Below are positions 28,270 to 37,797 of a DNA stretch of 64,000 nt, in pieces. The translations under genes and the position numbers were made by a program. The notes under the pieces were generated by a model. That model did no database searches and was not told the DNA's origin. It saw nothing but the letters and a program-made list of their open reading frames with translations. How positions within the stretch are numbered: position 1 is the stretch's first letter; every line of letters begins with the position of its first letter. Source of the DNA: Alphaproteobacteria bacterium (lineage in GTDB: Bacteria; Pseudomonadota; Alphaproteobacteria; MPNO01; UBA830); assembly GCA_965243135.1 (NCBI GenBank), contig OZ251539.1, positions 1,088,001-1,152,000 of the forward strand. The letters run 5' to 3'.

Positions 28270-29493
28270 ATGCCTCAGCCTTCAGGCCCGCTCGCGGGCG
28301 TTGCCGTCCTCGACCTCACCCGCGTGCTCGCGGGGCCGACCTGCACCCAGCTGCTCGGCGACCTCGGCGCCGACGTGATCAAGATCGAGCGGCCCGGCGC
28401 GGGCGACGACACGCGCAAGTTCGCCCCGCCTTTCCTTCGGGACGGCGGCGGGGCGGACACGTCGGAAAGCGCCTATTACATGGGCGCCAATCGCAACAAG
28501 CGGTCGGTCGCGCTCGACATTGCGAAACCCGAGGGAGCGGAGATCGCGCGCCGTCTGGCCCTCGGCGCCGATTGCCTGGTCGAAAACTTCAAGACCGGAA
28601 ACCTCGCGAAATACGGCCTTTCCCACGAGGATTTGAAAGCCGGCAATCCGGGACTGATCTATTGTTCCATTACCGGATTCGGCCAGACCGGTCCCTACGC
28701 GCCCCGTCCGGGCTACGATTTCCTCTTGCAGGGAATGGCGGGCCTGATGTCGATCACAGGCGAGCCCGACGGCGAGCCCCAGAAGGTCGGGGTGCCGATC
28801 GCCGACGTGATGGCGGGCATGTATGCAGGCGTGGCGATCTGCGCGGCGTTGCGCCATTCCGCCCTGACCGGAGAAGGGCAATACATCGATATCGGCATGA
28901 TGGACACCACCGTCGCCATGCTCGCCAACGCGGGCATGAACTATCTGCATGCCGGCTCGCTCGGCCGCCTGGGCAACGCGCATCCCAACATCGTTCCCTA
29001 CCAGCCCTTCGAGACGGCCGACGGATACATCATCGTCGCGATCGGCAACGACGACCAGTTCCGGCGTTTTTGCGATCTGGCGGAACGCCCCGGTCTCTCC
29101 GTCGATCCGGACTACGCGGCCAACGACTCGCGGGTGCGCAATCGCGATGCTCTGATACCGGTTCTGCAGGAGATATTCCGGAAGCGGACCTCGGAAGAAT
29201 GGCTCGCGGCGCTCGAGGCGGAGAAGATCGGATGCGGGCCGATCAACGATCTGCAGCAGGTGTTCGACGATCCGCACGTCGCCGATCGCGAAATGGTCGT
29301 TCGCATGGAACACCCGCTGGCCGGGGCGGACGGCGCCGCCGTGATCGCGAGCCCGATGCGCCTGTCGCGCACGCCCGTCGATTACCGGCAGGCGCCGCCT
29401 CTGCTGGGGGAGCACACGGAGGAGGTGTTGCGGGAAAAGCTCGGTATGGGCGACGGCGAGCTCATGGCGCTGCGCGACAAGGGGGTGATCTGA
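28270..29493 (+). CDS. CaiB/BaiF family III CoA-transferase
   Basis: DLTRVLAGP, LGADVIKIE, NRNKRS, GFGQTGP, PPLLGEHT. Confidence 0.95.
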   Translation: MPQPSGPLAGVAVLDLTRVLAGPTCTQLLGDLGADVIKIERPGAGDDTRKFAPPFLRDGGGADTSESAYYMGANRNKRSVALDIAKPEGAEIARRLALGADCLVENFKTGNLAKYGLSHEDLKAGNPGLIYCSITGFGQTGPYAPRPGYDFLLQGMAGLMSITGEPDGEPQKVGVPIADVMAGMYAGVAICAALRHSALTGEGQYIDIGMMDTTVAMLANAGMNYLHAGSLGRLGNAHPNIVPYQPFETADGYIIVAIGNDDQFRRFCDLAERPGLSVDPDYAANDSRVRNRDALIPVLQEIFRKRTSEEWLAALEAEKIGCGPINDLQQVFDDPHVADREMVVRMEHPLAGADGAAVIASPMRLSRTPVDYRQAPPLLGEHTEEVLREKLGMGDGELMALRDKGVI

Positions 29494-29568
29494 GAGCGGA
29501 CGGTCGCCGGGTTCGCCGTAGGCGGAGCGGCGTTTCGCCCCGCGGCGCAGGTCGTTGCGCCGGAGAAA

Positions 29569-30772
29569 CTATAAAGCTGCGAAGGGCAGGGCGGTTGCCG
29601 CGGGACCGAGGGGAAGGCGCATGTCGCCCGGATGCACGACGTATCCCGGCAGGACTGCGTTCCCCAGATCCGCTCGAAGCGTTCTGATGGAGGAGGCCAT
29701 CGCCGGACGCGGGGTGGCGGACAGCTTCACCGGAACGAGTTGTCCCGCAGTTTCGATGACGAAGTCCACCTCCGTTCCTGCCGTCGTCCGCCAGAAATAG
29801 ACTCTCGGATCGATTCCGCGATGCGTCAGCGTTCTGACGATTTCGGACAGCACGGCGGTCTCCATGATCGCTCCGCCCATCGGGCCGCGCGCGGCATGTT
29901 CGGGGTCGCGAAGGCCGACGAGGTGGCAAAGCGTTCCGACATCCGTGAAATATACTTTTGGAGTCTTGACGAACCGCTTTCCGATATTCGCGAAATACGG
30001 GCGCAATACGATCACCTGATAGGTGGCTTCGAGCAGAGAAAGCCATGCCTTCGCCGTGTTGACGGCAATGCCCAGATCCCGGGAGATGTCGGTCAGGTTC
30101 AGAAGCTGCGCGCTTCTGGCGGCAAGAATTCGCAGGAAATTCTGGTATCGGGTCAAATCTCCGACCTGCCGGAGCGCGCGCACGTCCCGCTCGAGATAGG
30201 TCTGCATGTAGCTGGCATGCCAGAGATACGGGTCTCGATCAGGTTGAGAAGCAAGTTCCGGATACCCGCCTCGAAGAAAGCCGTTCCACAGATCGCCGAG
30301 GACAGGGGGATCCGGCTGACGTTCGCGTTCCCATGCGAAAGCGGCCTGCGGTTTCCCCTCGGCCTCCCGTCTGGAAAGCGGGAGCAGGCGAAGTATCGCC
30401 GCGCCCGGCGAGCGATTCGGTCACCTTTTCCGCGAGGGCGAGGTTCTGGGAACCCGTCAATAGGTACTGACCGGCTTCGCGGCGGTTTTCGTCGATTCTT
30501 TCCTTGATATAGGAAAGCAGATCGGGAACGTGCTGTATCTCGTCGAAAATGACAGGCGGCGGATACGCGTCCAGAAAGCCTCGCGGGTCGTCTAATGCGA
30601 TGGACCGGACGTCCGGCGTTTCAAGGGACGCGTATCCGCAGCGATCGCCGAAGAGGCGCTTGAGGAGCGTCGTCTTGCCGGACTGGCGCGGTCCGGTCAG
30701 AATGACAGCCGGAAACTCGGCGGCGGCTTTTCCGAGGACAGGTTCCAGAGAACGTTCGATGTAATCCTGCAT
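29569..30772 (-). pseudogene. AAA_14 plus DUF4143 ATPase, frameshifted near 30402
   Basis: GPRQSGKTT, DEIQ, LTGS, ESLAGR, then the frame breaks; continues AILRLLPLS...GGYP...YLERDVR...PKVYFTDVG...EVDFV. Confidence 0.85.
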
Positions 30773-30956
30773 TTTCGCCGCATCTGCCGAGTTTTCGGGT
30801 TTTCGCGGAACTTCGTTTCCGACGGGTCCCCCGCTGTTGCGGCAGCCTGTCCTGTCGCCGTCTTGCCGCCGAGCCTGCCGCTGGAATGGTCAATAATATG
30901 CATTTGAATCGCAAATTTTCAACCGTGAAAATGCCGAAGCTTGTCGGGAAGCGTTG

Positions 30957-31613
30957 ATGGCGGTTCGTCCGCCGCCTGCGCGCCCCGTTCCTCCGCTCGC
31001 CGACGCGGCGCGGCGGCGTTCGCTGGACGAAACCCTGGCATGCGCGCCGAACCCCGCAGGCATTCGCGTTTTCGCCTACGGTTCGTTGATGTGGAACCCT
31101 TGTTTCGAATCTACGGCGCGACGGGCCGCCGTTCTGCATGACTATCGGCGGGCGTTTTGCATCTGGACGGTCCATGCGCGTGGAACTCCCTCGCGCCCCG
31201 GCCTCGGGCTCGCCCTCGAACCGAACGCGGGCGCGTCCTGCGCCGGAGTTCTCTACGACCTGTCCCCCGGCACGGGCGCGAATGGGCTTCTGCCGCTTTG
31301 GGAACGGGAAATGTGGACGGCGGTTTACCGTCCGCAGTGGATTCGCGTGGATGTCGACAACGCAAGGGCAGACGCTCTCGCATTCGTGGTTAATCCCGGT
31401 CAGCCTCAGTATGCCGGAGACCTGTCGGTCGCCGAGCAGGCGCGCTACATTGCCGCCGCCGCAGGCAAGTTCGGCAGTTGTCGAGACTACCTTGCGGAAA
31501 CGGTTGAGGCGCTGCGCGCGGCGGGGGCGCCGGATACCGATCTCGAAACCCTGCTCTTCGAGGTAGACCGCGCAGCTTTCCTGTCGTCACCGGAGCGTGA
31601 CGCTGGAGGCTGA
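30957..31613 (+). CDS. chaC: ChaC gamma-glutamylcyclotransferase
   Basis: FAYGSLMWNP, RGTPSRPGL, LWEREM. Confidence 0.9.
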   Translation: MAVRPPPARPVPPLADAARRRSLDETLACAPNPAGIRVFAYGSLMWNPCFESTARRAAVLHDYRRAFCIWTVHARGTPSRPGLGLALEPNAGASCAGVLYDLSPGTGANGLLPLWEREMWTAVYRPQWIRVDVDNARADALAFVVNPGQPQYAGDLSVAEQARYIAAAAGKFGSCRDYLAETVEALRAAGAPDTDLETLLFEVDRAAFLSSPERDAGG

Positions 31614-31687
31614 TTTTCGTGCGCGCGGCGGAACCGCAGAAGCTCCCAAGCGCCGAAGACGGGTCGGGCATGCGGCGTTTTTTCCGT

Positions 31688-31929
31688 GAGGCAGTGGACA
31701 TCTCGCGCCAAGGCGGCGCATTTCTCGCCTTAAGGCAGCGGACGCCTCGCGTTAAGGGCCTGTATTTCTTGCTCTAAGGCGGTGGACATCTCGCATTAAG
31801 GGTGTGTATTCCTCGCTCTAAGGCAGAGGATTCCTCGCTATAAGAATGTGTATTTCTCGCGTCAAGGCGGTGGACATTTCGCGCTAAGGCGGTGTATTTT
31901 TCGCATTAAGCACTTGTATTTTTCGCCAT
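31688..31929. repeat. Array of 11 degenerate 22-bp direct repeats
   Basis: Units start every 22 nt from 31688 with no indels; consensus AAGGCRGTG(G/T)A(C/T)(A/T)TCTCGCNYT. Confidence 0.92.
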
Positions 31930-31981
31930 GGCGGGCATGATGCCCGATTGGGACAGCCAAGGCATCGAGCAGACACGAACC

Positions 31982-33241
31982 ATGTACGATAGACACCTGC
32001 AGCCTCGTCTCACGGAACTACTTGGAGAATTCCGTATCGTCTATCTGACGGGACCCCGGCAGGCCGGGAAAACGACGCTTGCGCGTTCGATCTCCCGCGA
32101 CCTGGGGCTGGAGTATTTCACGCTGGACGATCAGGCCACTCTAGCGTCCGCACAGACCGACCCGCGGGGATTCGTTCGCTCGTTGGGGCGGAAGCGCGCT
32201 GTGCTGGACGAATTCCAATACGTCCCGGAATTGATCCCGGCCATCAAGGAAATATCCGACGGGCTCGGGCCGAGCGAGAAAGGCAAGTTTCTGCTGACGG
32301 GTTCGGCGGACATTTTCCGCTCGGCCCGAACGCAGGAGACCCTGCCTGGGCATATGGCGAAGTTGGAGTTGCTGCCCCTCTCCGTAACCGAACTGCACGG
32401 TCGGCGACTGAACGTCGTCGATTATCTGTCGGCCGGCGAGTTCGAGGATCTCGCGACTGCGCCGGCGACGCGGGAGGACATCGCCACTCTGGTTCTGCGC
32501 GGCGGGTACCCGGAGGCGCAGGATAAGGGCCAGCGCAGCAGACAGGCATGGTTCCGATCCTATATCGAGGGCCGCCTCTACAAGGATTTCGAGACGCTGC
32601 ACGCAGCTCGCGGCGATTACTTTTCCAGACTGCGCGCGTTGACGCCCTGGCTTGCCGGCGTCAGCGGCAATCTGTTGAAGTATTCAAATATCTCCAACGA
32701 CCTGGATCTGGATGACAGGCTGAGCAAGCGCTACGTCGAAATACTCGAACTCATGTACATCGTTCGCCGCGCGCCGGCCTGGTTGAGAGGCAGGGCGAGA
32801 CGTCTCGCGACGCGCATGCCCAAGCTTCATTACGTCGATACGGGGCTGGCCTGCCATCTGCTGGGCTTGCGCAACGAGCGGCAGCTATTGGAAAGCCGCT
32901 ACTATGGCGGTCTGCTCGAAAGCCTGATCTGCATGGAGCTCTGCAAGCATGCCGCTTGGGCGGAAGAGGAAGTCAGCCTGTGGCATTTCAGGGACAAGAG
33001 AAAGCGGGAGGTGGACATCGTGCTCGAGCGCGGCGACGGGCGGGTCATCGGCGTCGAGGTGAAGGCATCCGCCAGCGTCAGGGGGGAGGATTTCAGGGGG
33101 CTCGCGGCATTGGCGGAGTTCGCCGGCGACGCCTTCGAGCGGGGCGTTCTGTTCTACGGCGGCGAACGGGCGTTGCCGTTCGGTTTCGGCGGGAGGCGTT
33201 TTCACGCTCTGCCCCTGGGAATGCTCTTGCCGCCCAGTTGA
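31982..33241 (+). CDS. AAA_14 plus DUF4143 ATPase with wHTH and PD-(D/E)XK C-terminus
   Basis: GPRQAGKTT, LDEFQ, LTGS, GGYP, PKLHYVDTG, REVDIV...GVEVKAS. Start MYDRHL chosen; the ORF extends to 31928. Confidence 0.9.
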   Translation: MYDRHLQPRLTELLGEFRIVYLTGPRQAGKTTLARSISRDLGLEYFTLDDQATLASAQTDPRGFVRSLGRKRAVLDEFQYVPELIPAIKEISDGLGPSEKGKFLLTGSADIFRSARTQETLPGHMAKLELLPLSVTELHGRRLNVVDYLSAGEFEDLATAPATREDIATLVLRGGYPEAQDKGQRSRQAWFRSYIEGRLYKDFETLHAARGDYFSRLRALTPWLAGVSGNLLKYSNISNDLDLDDRLSKRYVEILELMYIVRRAPAWLRGRARRLATRMPKLHYVDTGLACHLLGLRNERQLLESRYYGGLLESLICMELCKHAAWAEEEVSLWHFRDKRKREVDIVLERGDGRVIGVEVKASASVRGEDFRGLAALAEFAGDAFERGVLFYGGERALPFGFGGRRFHALPLGMLLPPS

Positions 33242-33413
33242 CTGCGGATTCCGCGTCCGGGGCGCCGCCGCATGTCCGGCGTCGGGCATCCGCGGCGCGG
33301 TGCCGGTTCCCGAGCGCGCGACCGCTTGCGCTGGCGGCCATGCCGTGCACAACTACCGTTTACCGAGACAGCGGCCGCAGGCTTCGGAACCGGCGGCGCG
33401 AAGGGAGACCGGC

Positions 33414-34229
33414 ATGACCGAAATCGGGTACATCGACTACGCAACGCTGGATGTCGACAAGAACGTCACATACGAAAGTCTGAGGGATCGCGTGGTGATC
33501 ATTACCGGCGCCGGGCAGGCGATCGGACGAGGCTACGCGCACTACTTTTCGGCGCAGGGAGCGGTCCCCGTGATCGCCGACCTCGATGGCGGCAATGCGG
33601 AAAGGGTGAAGGAAGAAATCGAGGCGAAGGGCGGCAGGGCGCTCGCTCTGGAGGTCGACGTGGCGGTGGAATCGTCGGCGAACCAGATGGCCGACGAAGC
33701 CCTGTCCGCTTTCGGCCGGATCGACGTCCTGATCAACAACGCCGCCGTTTTTTCCCGGATCACGATGGCGCCGTTCTGGGAACTGCCGGGCGACGAGTGG
33801 TTGCGCGCGGTGGACGTCAACGTGAACGGCGCCTTCTGGTGCTCCCGCGCCGTGGTTCCGCACATGATCGCATCGCGGTGGGGACGCATCGTCAACATTT
33901 CCTCGGGCACGACCGTACTCGGACGCCCCAACTACCTGCATTACATCACGACGAAGTCGGCGGTGATCGGCATGACCCGGTCGATGGCGCGCGAACTGGG
34001 ACCCTACGGGATTACGGTGAACACGTTCTGGCCCGGCGTGATGCAGACGGAAATCGAACGTCCGTCCGTGCCGCGCGAGATGTTCGCGAAGTTCACCGAG
34101 GCGCAGTGCATTCCGCGGCAAGGCACGATCCACGACCTCGCCAAGGCAATGCTGTTCCTGTGTTCCGACGAAGCGGCCTACATCACGGGCCAGGGAATGA
34201 TCGTCGATGGCGGACACAGCTTCCTGTGA
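33414..34229 (+). CDS. Short-chain dehydrogenase/reductase
   Basis: TGAGQAIG, NNAA, YITTK. Confidence 0.92.
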   Translation: MTEIGYIDYATLDVDKNVTYESLRDRVVIITGAGQAIGRGYAHYFSAQGAVPVIADLDGGNAERVKEEIEAKGGRALALEVDVAVESSANQMADEALSAFGRIDVLINNAAVFSRITMAPFWELPGDEWLRAVDVNVNGAFWCSRAVVPHMIASRWGRIVNISSGTTVLGRPNYLHYITTKSAVIGMTRSMARELGPYGITVNTFWPGVMQTEIERPSVPREMFAKFTEAQCIPRQGTIHDLAKAMLFLCSDEAAYITGQGMIVDGGHSFL

Positions 34230-34815
34230 CTGGTCTTCCTATTACGAGAAGACCGGAGACCGTCCGCCGCGGCGAACGTTGCTGGCGGCGTTGGACGCGT
34301 TCGATGCGGAGGGCCGACCGCGAAATGCGCGCGCCGTCGATCTCGGATGCGGATCCGGACGCGACGCCGTCGAAATTCTCCGGCGCGGCTGGCGGCTTCT
34401 CGCGGTGGACGCCGCGCCGGAGGCGATAACCGCATTGCGCGCCCGCCGCGACCTGCCGGCCGGCGCCCGCGTCGACGCGTTGGTGTCGCGGCACGAGGAG
34501 GCGCTCCTCCCGCCCTGCGATCTCGTCAACGCGTCGTTCTCGCTGCCGCTATGCTCCGCAGCCGCGTTTCCGTCCGTGTGGAACAAGATCCTCGCCGCGC
34601 TGCGGCCGGGCGGAAGGTTTTCGGGGCAGTTGTACGGCGACCGCGACTCGTGGTTCGGGAATCCGGGCATCACCCATTTGCGGCGCGCCGAGGTGGACGA
34701 GTTGCTGTCGGGTCTTGAGATCGAGTTGCTCGAAGAAGAAGAGGAGGACTCCGTGACGCCGCGCGGAAGGCGGAAGCACTGGCATATTTTCCATATCGTC
34801 GCGAGGAAAGGATGA
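34207..34815 (+). CDS. Class I SAM-dependent methyltransferase
   Basis: DLGCGSGRD, LRPGGRF. Confidence 0.88.
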   Translation: MADTASCDWSSYYEKTGDRPPRRTLLAALDAFDAEGRPRNARAVDLGCGSGRDAVEILRRGWRLLAVDAAPEAITALRARRDLPAGARVDALVSRHEEALLPPCDLVNASFSLPLCSAAAFPSVWNKILAALRPGGRFSGQLYGDRDSWFGNPGITHLRRAEVDELLSGLEIELLEEEEEDSVTPRGRRKHWHIFHIVARKG

Positions 34816-34956
34816 ACGCCGCCGCCGTCCCGGCACCTTGACTCACCGACCAACCCATCCCCATACCGCCCTCGCGACAGGGATTGCCGACCCGAACCTG
34901 CGGCGGCTTTTCGCGGAGGCGGCTGCCGAAATGTCCGAACGGGACCTCGCCCGGCT

Positions 34957-36486
34957 TCAGGCGGGCTCGCAATCGAACCCGACGACGTTGCGCTCCTCGC
35001 GGCTGAACTCCACCCCGATCAGGTGGACCGAACGCCCGAGATGGCGGTACTTGTCCGCGTAGCCCTTCTCCCGCAGCTGCGCGATCGCGGTCCCCTCCCG
35101 CCCGCGCTCCACCACCTTGAACTCGAACAGGTAGACGCGCCCGCCGGCGCGAACCGCCATGTCGGCGCGCCCCCGGCTGCCGCTGTCCTCCGCGACCGGC
35201 TCGAGGCCCTCCATCAGGAAGCAGCTGTGGATGACGCTCGCGTAGTGGGCCTCGTACTTCGCGACGGGGCTGGTCGCGTACCACTGGTGCGGGATGGCGG
35301 CGAAAATGCCGCGGAACAGGGTTTCGAGACGCTTGAAGTCGTTCGCCTCCAGCAATTCGCCCAGCCGCAGGTTCTCCGTCTCCTCGCGGGCCTCGACCGG
35401 GAGCAGTTCTCCCAGCAGGGCCTCGCCCAGGCTCCGGCGCACCTCGAGGTTCGGGTAGCCCAGCCTGTAGCGCCCGTCCTCCTCGCCCGCGATGGTGAGG
35501 TAGCCGGTCTGGAACAGAAGCGCCTCGATCGAGACATTGTCCACGTCGACGGACGAAAGCAGGCTCTCGCTGCCGGTCATGCCGTCCAGGCGGGGAGTGG
35601 GCAGGTCGCGGCGCGCCAGCGTCTCGACCAGGAAGGTCGGCGTGCCGCTCTGGAACCAGTACGGGCGGAACTCGCGTCGCCGAAACAGCAGCAGCAGACC
35701 GAACGGGTTGTAGACCTTCTCCGGCCCGCGCCAGTTGTAGCCGTTGTACCAGCGCCGGATCTCGTCCCGGTCCAGGCCCTCGAGTTCCGGGGCGAAGACC
35801 GCGTCCAGTTCGTCGTCCGTGCAGCCGCAGATGTCCGAGAACTCCGGCTCCAGCGTGACGTCGATCAGGTTATTCAAGCCCGAGAACAGGCCCGATAACT
35901 TGCTCACCCCCGTCAGGAAAACGAAACGGAGCTGCTCGTCGCAGTCCTTGATCACTCCGTACAGGTCGCGCAGGAAGCCGCGGTTGGCCAGCGCCAGCTC
36001 CCGGTCGCCGAGCGCGTCCAGGATCGGCTTGTCGTATTCGTCCACCAGCACGGCCGTCCGCTGCCCGGTGCGCTCGTGCAGCGTCCTTATCAGGCGCCGA
36101 AAACGGACCGCCGCCTCGCCAGCTCCTGGTTCGAGGCCGGCCAGCCGCTCCGTCTCCTCCAGCTGGTCCTCCACATCTTTCCGAACGCGGTCCGGGACGA
36201 CGAAATTGCGCCCGCCGAAGCTGAGCCGCACGACCGGGTGGCGCGCCGACCAGTCCCACCTGCCGTGCACGGCGAGATCCCGGAACAACTCCTCGCTTCC
36301 CTCGAACAGCTCCTGCAGCGTGTCCACCAGCAGGGTCTTGCCGAACCGGCGCGGACGCGACAGGAAGTAGTACTTGCCGCCCTCGACGAGGCGGCGCGCA
36401 TGCTCCGTCTTGTCGACGTAGTAGCAGTCCATCTCGCGGATCTCCCGGAGGGAGGAAAAGCCGATCGGAAGCATGCGTCTCGCCAT
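34957..36486 (-). CDS. AAA-ATPase-like plus PD-(D/E)XK nuclease, paralog 2
   Basis: Same motifs as 4781..6328, with long near-identical DNA blocks. Confidence 0.9.
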   Translation of the reverse strand: MARRMLPIGFSSLREIREMDCYYVDKTEHARRLVEGGKYYFLSRPRRFGKTLLVDTLQELFEGSEELFRDLAVHGRWDWSARHPVVRLSFGGRNFVVPDRVRKDVEDQLEETERLAGLEPGAGEAAVRFRRLIRTLHERTGQRTAVLVDEYDKPILDALGDRELALANRGFLRDLYGVIKDCDEQLRFVFLTGVSKLSGLFSGLNNLIDVTLEPEFSDICGCTDDELDAVFAPELEGLDRDEIRRWYNGYNWRGPEKVYNPFGLLLLFRRREFRPYWFQSGTPTFLVETLARRDLPTPRLDGMTGSESLLSSVDVDNVSIEALLFQTGYLTIAGEEDGRYRLGYPNLEVRRSLGEALLGELLPVEAREETENLRLGELLEANDFKRLETLFRGIFAAIPHQWYATSPVAKYEAHYASVIHSCFLMEGLEPVAEDSGSRGRADMAVRAGGRVYLFEFKVVERGREGTAIAQLREKGYADKYRHLGRSVHLIGVEFSREERNVVGFDCEPA

Positions 36487-36492
36487 CTTGGC

Positions 36493-36521
36493 AGGATAGA
36501 CCGCCATGCCGGAGCCATCAA
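36493..36521 (-). promoter_or_regulatory. sigma70-like promoter of paralog 2 (probably leaderless)
   Basis: Minus strand TTGATG-N17-TATCCT-N6-ATG. Confidence 0.55.
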
Positions 36522-37071
36522 GGAGATGGCGGCCGCGCGGCGGCAGCTTCCGCCGGCGGACGGGGCGTCACGGCGCTCGTCTTCCTTCCCGGAGTTCTTT
36601 TCCGGCGCCGACGTTTTCTCGCCGGCCCGCGGCGCGTCCCTTTCGCCGGGCTTTCGCCCGGCGCGGCCGTTCGCTGCAGGGGCGGCCGTTCGCTGCAGGG
36701 GCGGCGTCCGGGCGGGAGGCAGCGAAAACGGCGGTTTGCCGCGCCCGGGGCAATGGTTCAACTCGCGTTGCGCATGCGCCGAAGCCGGCCGCGCGCTCGC
36801 CGACACGCTGGGCAACTGCAACGCGGCTCTCGCTCCCGGAGCGGTGGTCGTCGCGGAAAACGTGCCGCCGCTGCTCGCGGCCGCGGTGCATTTCGAAGAG
36901 AACGCGCAGGCGTTGCGTGTGGCTACGTCGCTTGGAACCGTGCGGCCTTTGACGGGCGCGTTCAATTCGCGCTTCGACCGAAGCGCGCATGTCGCCAAGC
37001 TTTGGGGATACTGCGTCGGGCGCGCCAGCAGGCGCCATGCCTCGAAATTTCCGGAACGGAGGAAGAGGAAC

Positions 37072-37145
37072 TGGAGCGGGCGAAGGGAATCGAACCCTCG
37101 TCGTAAGCTTGGGAAGCTTCTGCTCTGCCATTGAGCTACGCCCGC
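37072..37145 (-). tRNA. tRNA-Gly(CCC)
   Basis: GCGGGCGTAGCTCAATGGCAGAGCAGAAGCTTCCCAAGCTTACGACGAGGGTTCGATTCCCTTCGCCCGCTCCA; cloverleaf with encoded CCA. Confidence 0.95.
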
Positions 37146-37248
37146 ATAGCGTTGCCGAGTCTATGCCGTCTCGGCGAAATGGCAAGAGGCCGGCGCGCCG
37201 ACGAGGCTGGCTCGCGAACTCGGCGCCGCAGGACGTTCAGCATGAAGG

Positions 37249-37322
37249 TGGAGCGGGCGAAGGGAATCGAACCCATGTCGTAAGCTTGGGAAGCTTCTGC
37301 TCTGCCATTGAGCTACGCCCGC
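37249..37322 (-). tRNA. tRNA-Gly(CCC), second copy with T-stem mismatch
   Basis: Identical to the first copy except GA>AT at the 5' side of the T stem. Confidence 0.9.
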
Positions 37323-37797
37323 GCATCTGGAAATTACCCGCACCCTGCGAATCGACAAGCGCCCGGCAGGCGCGGCGCGGGGATATCTGTGGATATCTTG
37401 GGAATTGCGCATGACGGAGCCGTTCTTGCCGTCGGTCGCGCAAGGAATCGCTCCGCACGTCGTCCTTTCTCAGTCCGGCGCGCGGCCTGCGCCATCCTTC
37501 CTCGGCCCGCATGGATCGCTCGCTTTCGTATATAATTTTCGGCATCGTCTCGTTACCGCAATTCCTTGAGGAACGACGGAATGAGGAAGGCGCTTTCCTT
37601 GCCGCGACGCGAACCCGATGGGTTCCGCGAGAAGAGCGACTGAGCAAGAGGCCGCGCTGCGAGCCTGTCGGAGGGGCGGGGCCTCGTCCGCTGTAGTCAC
37701 GGCCGCCGCCGCCGCTTATCATGTTTCGTCGGGGGCAGGCGTTGCGGGGATGCGCTTCGGCGGCCGGCTGCCGCGCAAGAGGTCGAGGGAGAATGGA

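Noticed and set aside
31688-31929. CRISPR array or plasmid origin
   Set aside because: Units are contiguous with no unique spacers. No cas or rep gene is recognisable in the window.
36663-36705. 19-bp tandem duplication GCGGCCGTTCGCTGCAGGG
   Set aside because: Only about two copies; consistent with local slippage in decaying intergenic DNA.
36750-36960. Possible ROK-family remnant (EAGRALADTLGN...APGAVVV)
   Set aside because: Similarity is too short to support without a search.
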